Shown here in pieces: positions 16,404 to 22,786 of a DNA stretch of 22,786 nucleotides. How positions within the stretch are numbered: position 1 is the first letter of the stretch; every line of letters starts with the position of its first letter. Under the pieces are notes generated by a model that was not told the DNA's origin, did not search any database, and worked only from the letters and a program-made list of their open reading frames with translations. The stretch is from a bacterium (lineage in GTDB: Bacteria > Sysuimicrobiota > Sysuimicrobiia > Sysuimicrobiales > Humicultoraceae): the NCBI GenBank assembly GCA_041497675.1, contig JBGQGY010000054.1:1-22786 (forward strand), in the 5' to 3' direction. The position numbers and the translations under genes are program-made.

Positions 16404-17867
16404 TCACGGCGCCACCCGCAGCGGGACGAAAGTTTCAGCATAGCCTGTTGTCACAAACTGCACGGACCGACCACCAACGACGCCCGCGACCGTGTACCGA
16501 CCTCTCATTTGCAGGAAGATATCCCGCCCGGACACCGGTGGATCCTGCGGCGTGGCGACGATATCCTCGGGGACGAATTCCACCACCAGTCGATCGCCGG
16601 CGTCGTTGGCCGCGCGGTATCGCAGGCGCGCCGGAACACGCAGCCGGATCCCGTTCCCGCGGGGGCCGGACGTCCAGCCGCTCGGCTCCGGCGCGCTCCC
16701 CCGGAGCAGCCCCATGACCCCCGAACGATCCCCTGTGGTCCCAAACAGCGTCACCAGCATCTCCTGACCCTTCACCGAGGGATGGCGGACCAGTCCCGCG
16801 AGTAGCGCATAGCTCGTCGTGCTGGCGGTCCCCCACTCCCACGTCACCGCCTGCCAGACTCCCCAGTTGTGATCGTGATAGCCGGTCCCGTCGATCCGCA
16901 GTGTCTTGGAACCAATAGTGACCGTCCCCGTGACCTCGGCCCGCAGCGCCGGGACGACGTATCCCGACCGAAGACTCGTCGACTGCTGCTCAACCGGCGG
17001 CAAGTACCATCCTTGCTCGGGTGTGACCAGGAGATCTGCGGACAGCCGCTCGTTGGGTCCGCCCATCTGGCGTAGGTTAATCCGGTAGGTGCCATCGCGC
17101 AATTCGGCCCGATGCGGTCCGGCCGCGATGATCGCCCGCTCGAAGGGCAGGGCCGATGCGGGGTGCGTGTCGGCCAACCGCAGGAGCCGGCCGCCGGGGC
17201 GATGCACGGTGACGGCCACACGCACGCGCCGTTCGCGGTCTGCGATAAACGACACGTACCCGTGTGTGCCGTCGCTGGTTGCAAAGTTGAAGTACCACCA
17301 CTCGGCCCAGGTGCGCCCCTCGGGACCGGCCGGTGGAGTGTGAAATCGATCGATCGCGGCCAACCGCTCCTGCGACGACGGGGTGATCCACGCACGGTCG
17401 CGATCGTCATCCTGCCAGCGCGCATCGGCGACTTCGAGAAGGCTACGTGTCGCGGCGGCCGCCGATGGAATCGCTCCGCTGGCCCTGGCCGCCGTCACCC
17501 GATCGCGCACGCGAACGTAGATGAGCTTGTCGATCATCTCGGGCGATGCCGCCGCGATCGTGTCCGCGTACCGTGGCCCCATCAGCACCTGCCGCGTCAA
17601 GAACCGTGCGTTTGGCATGACCAGAAACATGGCCGTCGCCGCGCCCGTCTTGAGGACTTCGGCATCGATCCCGGCCGGCACAAGCACCAGGTCGCCGCCG
17701 GCGACGACATCGCGGTCCCTCGCCTGCAAGAGCAACGCGTCTCCAACGGCCAGCAGCGCGATCATGACGGCGACACCGAGACCGTAGCCGAGCAGCAAAA
17801 TCAGCGTGCGCCGCGGCCGTACCAGCAGCATTCGAAGGGCCAACAGGCCGGCGGCCGAGATCTTCAT
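16404..17867 (-). CDS. Fusion protein: N-terminal half of a MacB/LolE-type permease plus an AttH/CrtC-like (lipocalin-like) domain
   Basis: The N-terminus LALRMLLVRPRRTLILLLGYGLGVAVMIALLAVGD...DLVLVP...AASP is a typical MacB amphipathic helix, TM1 and periplasmic start. The C-terminal part has EWWYFN and GTGYHDHNWG..WEW motifs and no FtsX TM helices. ATGA overlap with the ATPase stop. Confidence 0.75.
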   Translation of the reverse strand: MKISAAGLLALRMLLVRPRRTLILLLGYGLGVAVMIALLAVGDALLLQARDRDVVAGGDLVLVPAGIDAEVLKTGAATAMFLVMPNARFLTRQVLMGPRYADTIAAASPEMIDKLIYVRVRDRVTAARASGAIPSAAAATRSLLEVADARWQDDDRDRAWITPSSQERLAAIDRFHTPPAGPEGRTWAEWWYFNFATSDGTHGYVSFIADRERRVRVAVTVHRPGGRLLRLADTHPASALPFERAIIAAGPHRAELRDGTYRINLRQMGGPNERLSADLLVTPEQGWYLPPVEQQSTSLRSGYVVPALRAEVTGTVTIGSKTLRIDGTGYHDHNWGVWQAVTWEWGTASTTSYALLAGLVRHPSVKGQEMLVTLFGTTGDRSGVMGLLRGSAPEPSGWTSGPRGNGIRLRVPARLRYRAANDAGDRLVVEFVPEDIVATPQDPPVSGRDIFLQMRGRYTVAGVVGGRSVQFVTTGYAETFVPLRVAP

Positions 17868-18535
17868 GCGAGGCGGCCGTCCCGCAGCACAAGCGTCCGG
17901 TCGGCCAGCGAGGCGATCTCGGCATTGTGTGTCACCACCACGACGGCCACACCCTCGTGGTGAACCCGCTGCAAGAGCCGCCCGATCTCTCTGCCCGTTT
18001 CCTGATCGAGCTCTCCGGTCGGTTCGTCGGCCAACAGCAGCGACGGACGGTTGGCCAGCGCGCGCGCAACGGCGACACGCTGCATCTCTCCACCGCTCAG
18101 CTGTCCGGGCACATGACGGCGGCGGTGCGCCAACCCCACATACTCGAGCAGCTCGGCGACCCGGCGCGTGCGCTCGGCCGGCGGCACCCCCGCCTCGAGC
18201 ATTGGGAGGACGATGTTCTCTTCAGCCGTGAGCATCGGAAGCAAGAAAAAGCGCTGGAAGATGAACCCGAGGCGACGAAGCCGCGTGGCCGTCAACGCCG
18301 CGTCGCTCAGCCGGTGCGTCACGTCGCCGAACAACCACACTTCACCGGACGTCGGCAGGTCCACCCCACCCATGAGGTGCAGCAACGTCGACTTGCCGCT
18401 CCCCGACGGACCGACGATCGCGACGAACTCTCCGGCTTGTACCTGCATGGTCACGCCCCGCAGCGCCGCAACGGGAGCGCCGTCAAACTGATAGGTGCGT
18501 GCCCCATCGCGCAGTTCGACGACCGGGGCGGTCAT
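17864..18535 (-). CDS. ABC transporter ATP-binding protein (LolD/MacB/SalX family)
   Basis: Walker A GPSGSGKST, GFIFQ, signature LSGGEMQRVAVARAL, Walker B LLLADEPTG and VTH switch. Confidence 0.95.
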   Translation of the reverse strand: MTAPVVELRDGARTYQFDGAPVAALRGVTMQVQAGEFVAIVGPSGSGKSTLLHLMGGVDLPTSGEVWLFGDVTHRLSDAALTATRLRRLGFIFQRFFLLPMLTAEENIVLPMLEAGVPPAERTRRVAELLEYVGLAHRRRHVPGQLSGGEMQRVAVARALANRPSLLLADEPTGELDQETGREIGRLLQRVHHEGVAVVVVTHNAEIASLADRTLVLRDGRLA

Positions 18536-18539
18536 GGGG

Positions 18540-19715
18540 CTACTGCACCTCCTGGTGGAGGGTCGCCGCGATGTTCAGCCGTCCTACGATCCACGCGGGA
18601 TGGGCGGCACCAAGCGTACCGGTGATCATCAACAAGAGCACGGTCCTGACAACGGCCTGCGGGCTCATGACAAAAAAGTGCAGGTCTTGTGGAATCCCCG
18701 GCGTCGCGCGCAAGATCGCATCCAACGGGCGGCTGATGATCCCCCCGACCGCCAGCGCGAGCGGGGTGCTGACCGCGGACAGGACTGCGCCTTCGAGCAA
18801 GACGAGCAGCACCGCGCGCGGCCTCGAAAGGCCCACGGCGCGCAATGCCGCAAGTTCGCCGAGGCGCTCGCCGACCGACAGCGTCAGCACGGCGCCGATC
18901 AACAGAAACGCCACCAGCAGGCTGATACCGGTGAGAATGGTTGAGAAGTGCTCGAAGTATCGCAGTTGCTGCCGCACCTGGTGCAGCAGACCGGCGATCG
19001 AAAACGCATCAAGGGAAGGCCATTCAGCTGCGATCCAGCGCACGACGGACTCGGGATCGACCCCGGGCCGCGTCTTCACGACGACGAACGACGCGGGGTC
19101 GCCGTCCAGTCCAAGCAGATGCTGGAGATCCGCGAGCGGCATCGCGACCGTCCGCTGCGCCCGTAGATCGAAGGCGAAGTCGCCGATCGCCAGGACCCGC
19201 GCGGTGCTGGTCCGTCCGGGCCGACCGGTTTGCGGGTCGATCCGCGACGACAACTGTACGGCGTCGCCCGTCGACACGCCGATGCGTCGCGCCAGCTCTC
19301 TGTTGATGACCAACCCGTCGACGGTGTCGCGTCCAGATTCCAGTCGGATGATTCCCCGGACCTCCGGACGCAGCCCCAGCGTGACCGCCGCCAACCGGCC
19401 GGCCGGGCCTTCCACATACAGGTTCGTCGCCAGGACCGGACTCGCCAACACCACGCCAGGATGTGCCGCGACGCGACGCGCCACGGTCTGCGCATCGGGC
19501 ATCAACGCGTCCGTCGAGAGCGGCAGCGTCCCCCGGAGAACCACACGCACGTCATAGCCGAGCCGTCCCAACGCGCTCCCGAAACTGCGCTCCAGACCAC
19601 CGCTCAGCATGGACATATCGAACAGCAGCGCGCCGGCGACCGTGACCCCGGCAATCAAAAGTACCGTACGGGACGCCGCCCGTCGAAGGTTCTTCCCGGC
19701 CAGGAACCAGATCAC
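18540..19715 (-). CDS. MacB/LolE/FtsX-type ABC permease, full length (391 aa)
   Basis: LAGKNLRR..SRT plus TM1, a periplasmic domain (LVINRELARRIGVSTGD), ERLGELAALRAVG and three C-terminal TMs. GTG 19715 overlaps the upstream TAG by 1 nt. Confidence 0.9.
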   Translation of the reverse strand: MIWFLAGKNLRRAASRTVLLIAGVTVAGALLFDMSMLSGGLERSFGSALGRLGYDVRVVLRGTLPLSTDALMPDAQTVARRVAAHPGVVLASPVLATNLYVEGPAGRLAAVTLGLRPEVRGIIRLESGRDTVDGLVINRELARRIGVSTGDAVQLSSRIDPQTGRPGRTSTARVLAIGDFAFDLRAQRTVAMPLADLQHLLGLDGDPASFVVVKTRPGVDPESVVRWIAAEWPSLDAFSIAGLLHQVRQQLRYFEHFSTILTGISLLVAFLLIGAVLTLSVGERLGELAALRAVGLSRPRAVLLVLLEGAVLSAVSTPLALAVGGIISRPLDAILRATPGIPQDLHFFVMSPQAVVRTVLLLMITGTLGAAHPAWIVGRLNIAATLHQEVQ

Positions 19716-20572
19716 TACCGGCTGACCTGTTCCAGCGGCGACCGGCGTAGGATGCGCACGGCCGCCGCGGCGCCCGCTCCAAGTCCGAGCGCCATCGCCA
19801 GGCTCGCCGCAAACACAACCGTCCGCGGCTCGAGGACGGCGAACCGTAGTGTTGTCCCAAACAGCGGCTGGTAGTAGCCGTTGATGCCCCACACCATGAC
19901 GGCGCCCATGAGCACGCCCGCCAGGCACCCGGCAGCAGCAACCACGGTGGTCACAAGCATGATCGTCGTGCCGATCGTGCGGCGGCTCACGCCCATGAGT
20001 CGCAGCGCGCCGATCTCGCGCCGCATCTCCGTCAATCGAAGCACCATCAGGGTAACCAGGAAGATCCCACCGGCGAACACCGTGATCAGCCCGATTGCAC
20101 GATGGAATCGCGAAATCACGACAAATGTTTGCGACGTCCGCTCGACGAGCTCTCCCGCCGTATAGGCGTCAAACCCGAGGGCGAGCCCTCGAAGATCGTC
20201 GCGCGTCTGGGCTGCGACACTCGGGTCTGCGCCTTCGCGCAGGCGCACGACTACGCGATCAACCACATCGTGCCGTCCGAGTACATCTTCCAACACCGGG
20301 AGGTGCATCCGCACTTGCGCGTCCCCGCGGGCGACGTCCGCCGGGTGCTCCGGACCGGTCCAGATCGCCGCGACCCGAACCCGCCGCGCCCTCGCCATTG
20401 ATGGATCCGCACTCACTTCGATGACATCGCCGATCTGCAGCCCGAGCCGCCGGGCCGTTCTGGCTGAGACGGCGATGTTGTCGGGGGGGATTTCCGCTGC
20501 CACACCGATGGGGAGGGCAAGTGCCAGAACCACCGCACCCAGAGCAAGCCTTTCGCGGATGGTTCGGCTCAC
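19715..20572 (-). CDS. C-terminal half of a MacB/FtsX-type ABC permease with its own signal peptide (285 aa)
   Basis: GTG 20572 gives MSRTIRERLALGAVVLALALPIGVAA-E (signal-peptide-like), then IAVSARTARRLGLQIGD, EMRREIGALRLMG and three TMs. The longer ORF-track start overlaps the DinB gene. Confidence 0.8.
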   Translation of the reverse strand: MSRTIRERLALGAVVLALALPIGVAAEIPPDNIAVSARTARRLGLQIGDVIEVSADPSMARARRVRVAAIWTGPEHPADVARGDAQVRMHLPVLEDVLGRHDVVDRVVVRLREGADPSVAAQTRDDLRGLALGFDAYTAGELVERTSQTFVVISRFHRAIGLITVFAGGIFLVTLMVLRLTEMRREIGALRLMGVSRRTIGTTIMLVTTVVAAAGCLAGVLMGAVMVWGINGYYQPLFGTTLRFAVLEPRTVVFAASLAMALGLGAGAAAAVRILRRSPLEQVSR

Positions 20573-20609
20573 CGGCTCAATGTGCCACGTTGGAGACCGA
20601 AGCGCGGGA

Positions 20610-21065
20610 CTACGTCTGTACCAGCTTCGCCAGGATCTGCAGCTGCCCGAGGTGGTAGGCCAGGTGCCGCGTCGCGTGGAGCAGGGATTGTCCTCTCGCT
20701 TCCTTGACCGTCCCCTCCGGCCGCCGCACCTCCACGTCGGTGAGCAGGTCTGCCGCGCGTAGCCCGGCCAGCACCTGGCGCGTCGTTGCCGCGGCACGAT
20801 CCAGCGCGGCCAGCACCGTTGCCTTCTCCACGCGATCACTCCCAAACTCGGCCTCGCGGTTGCGGTTCGCGGGGATTCCGCCGACCACCTCGCCGACCCA
20901 GTAGCGCTCCGATCCGGCCATATGCCGCAGCAGCATGCCCACGGTATTCTGCAGGCCGGGCACGCGCCGGTTCACGGCGTCATCACTGAGTGGTGTAGCG
21001 ATGGCGGTGGCCGCGTTGTGCAGCTCGTCGAGAACCTTCGCGTACGGGGCGATCAGCGCATCCAT
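20610..21065 (-). CDS. DinB/YfiT superfamily protein
   Basis: NTVGMLLRHMAGSERYW and HATRHLAYHLGQL give the metal-binding His pattern. GAGGA lies upstream of the ATG. Confidence 0.88.
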   Translation of the reverse strand: MDALIAPYAKVLDELHNAATAIATPLSDDAVNRRVPGLQNTVGMLLRHMAGSERYWVGEVVGGIPANRNREAEFGSDRVEKATVLAALDRAAATTRQVLAGLRAADLLTDVEVRRPEGTVKEARGQSLLHATRHLAYHLGQLQILAKLVQT

Positions 21066-21077
21066 CGCTCGTCCTCC

Positions 21078-22481
21078 TCACTCCTCGGGCTCCTTGCCCG
21101 TCTCGCCCACGCTCGGCAGGCTCAACTGCCGCGGCGTCTGTTCGTTCATGCGTAGCGCGGGGATCTCCTCGCCCGTCGCCGCACCAAGATCCTTGAACCG
21201 GCGGGCCGCGGGGAGGATGCGCATCTCCAGTGAGCCTATGGCTCTGTTGTAGGCTTCAGTCGCTTTCTCCAGCCCCCGTCCCATCTCGGCGAGGTGCGCC
21301 GCCAGGGCTCCAAACCGTTCGTACAATTGTTTCCCTAACTCGCTAATATGTCGTGCGTTCTCGGCAATCTGCTCCTGACGCCACCCATGGGCCAAAGCCC
21401 GCAGCAGGGCGATCAACGTGGTCGGCGCGGCCAGCATGACGCGCCGGGTCGCCGCGTCCTCAATCAGGCTCGGGTCCGCTTCCATCGCGGCACCGAAGAA
21501 CGCCTCGCCGGGGATGAACATCACCACGAACTCCGGCGTCATCGCCAGCCGGTCCCAGTAGGACTTCTCCGCCAGGCTGTTCATGTGCGCGCGCACCTGC
21601 TGCGCGTGGCGTTGCAACGCCGCCCCGCGTGCGTCGTCCCCGGGAGCCGCCAACGCATCGAGATAGGCCTCCAGCGGCGTTTTCGCATCCACGACAATTG
21701 AGCGGCCCGCGGGCAGGTGAACGATCATATCGGGTCTGAGCCGCCCATCGGCGCCATCAATCGTCGTCTGTTCGACGTAGTCGCAGTGCTCGACCATACC
21801 GGCCAATTCGGCGACGCGATGGAGTGTGAGCTCCCCCCACCTCCCGCGTACCCGCGGCGTGCGTAAAGCGCTGACGAGATTGCCGGTCTCGCGCTGCAGC
21901 CCCTGGTGGACGGCATTGAGCGCCCGCATCTGCTCTTCAAGGCTTCCGTACGCGTTTTGCCGGCTCTCCTCGAGCGCCCCGATCTGCTCCTCGTAGCGTC
22001 GCAGTGCCTCCTGCAGCGGCCGGATCAGCGCATCGACGGCTTCCTGGCGCTTCCCGAGGTCGCCGCGGGCCTCGCTGACGACCACGCCCAGAGTCTGCCC
22101 GGCCAGCGCCATGAACGTTGCGTTGTTATCCCGCAGCACATCCGCGCTCAGGGCTTTGAACGTGTTGGTGAGTTCTGCCGTAGCCCGGTCCAGCAATTGC
22201 TGTTGCGCGGTCATGTTCTGCTGCGCGGCGTCGAGACGTGTTTGCGCCTCGACACGGTGCTGGCGTTCCTGATCCAGCGCCGACCGAGACTCCGTCAATT
22301 CCCGTTCTTGCTGCTCCACCCTGCGGCGCAATTCGTCGCGAACGTTCTCTGCGGCCCGCGCCCGCGCTTCCAGTTCAGTCATCCACGCGGTACGCGACGC
22401 GTTTGCCCGCGCGGTGGCCAGCAGCCACGCCACGCTCCCGGCCAGCAGGACGGACGCGGCAATCAGGAGTCCGCCGTTCAC
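21078..22481 (-). CDS. rmuC: DNA recombination protein RmuC
   Basis: N-terminal TM and coiled coil; [31 protein letters not shown] and [11 protein letters not shown] 22481 overlaps the upstream stop (GTGA). Confidence 0.95.
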   Translation of the reverse strand: MNGGLLIAASVLLAGSVAWLLATARANASRTAWMTELEARARAAENVRDELRRRVEQQERELTESRSALDQERQHRVEAQTRLDAAQQNMTAQQQLLDRATAELTNTFKALSADVLRDNNATFMALAGQTLGVVVSEARGDLGKRQEAVDALIRPLQEALRRYEEQIGALEESRQNAYGSLEEQMRALNAVHQGLQRETGNLVSALRTPRVRGRWGELTLHRVAELAGMVEHCDYVEQTTIDGADGRLRPDMIVHLPAGRSIVVDAKTPLEAYLDALAAPGDDARGAALQRHAQQVRAHMNSLAEKSYWDRLAMTPEFVVMFIPGEAFFGAAMEADPSLIEDAATRRVMLAAPTTLIALLRALAHGWRQEQIAENARHISELGKQLYERFGALAAHLAEMGRGLEKATEAYNRAIGSLEMRILPAARRFKDLGAATGEEIPALRMNEQTPRQLSLPSVGETGKEPEE

Positions 22482-22786
22482 CGGCGCTTCACCGTCCGGG
22501 CAACGCTCAACGACTTCTCCACGATCACCAGCCCGTCCGGACACCAAGCGTGGGGGGTGAAATTCGCCCGGATCCCTGACGGTGGCCCGGGTTCGGGCGT
22601 GAAGAGCGCGATCCGGCTCGCACCTCCTCCGCGTGCGTGCTCCGCGACGGCCCCAAACAGCGCCTCATGGTGTCCGCGCGGCCCCTCAAGGAAAAAGATG
22701 ACCGCGGCCGGGCCGTGAACGGCAAACGCCGCCACCCCTTCGACCGATTCCCCGGAGCGGACGACGCGGCCGTCGTTGATCAGACC
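22478..22786 (-). CDS. Hypothetical protein, C-terminal fragment (5' part outside the window)
   Basis: Frame is open from the window end ([25 protein letters not shown]...KRR*), and its stop is coupled to the rmuC start. Function not assignable. Confidence 0.6.
   Translation of the reverse strand, partial: GLINDGRVVRSGESVEGVAAFAVHGPAAVIFFLEGPRGHHEALFGAVAEHARGGGASRIALFTPEPGPPSGIRANFTPHAWCPDGLVIVEKSLSVARTVKRR

Noticed and set aside
20573..20609. TGGCAC on the minus strand as a sigma-54 -24 box
   Set aside because: There is no TTGC -12 element at the required spacing.
19715..20845. Longer ORF-track starts (20845, 19928, 5552, 11246, 11752, 22547)
   Set aside because: They overlap neighbouring well-supported genes. 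Shorter starts with stop-start coupling, SD sequences or family-typical N-termini fit better.

Overview
GC-rich, gene-dense bacterial chromosomal segment with no rRNA, tRNA, CRISPR array or mobile element recognised. AroH-type chorismate mutase and SigH-like promoter motifs suggest a Terrabacteria lineage (inference only). Left to right: (1) a 5'-truncated ATP-grasp gene and a convergent secreted His-motif protein; (2) a minus-strand shikimate cluster (aroC ... GNAT, aroK-aroB fusion, aroH, aroA), interrupted by a plus-strand, translationally coupled triplet of PaaK-like adenylate-forming genes; (3) a histidine phosphatase; (4) a Dpp/Opp-type ABC importer (two permeases plus binding protein) interrupted by an antisense GT-C-like membrane protein; (5) a minus-strand MacB/LolCDE-type ABC system; (6) a DinB-family gene, rmuC and a truncated ORF. 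Most notable: a MacB-type permease apparently split into two complementary genes, with the N-terminal half fused to an AttH/CrtC-like domain; a PaaK triplet in which only the frameshifted middle copy has a full catalytic motif set; and a recurrent SigH-like promoter motif in four intergenic regions, two of them probably leaderless. All family calls come from motif recognition by eye, not database searches.
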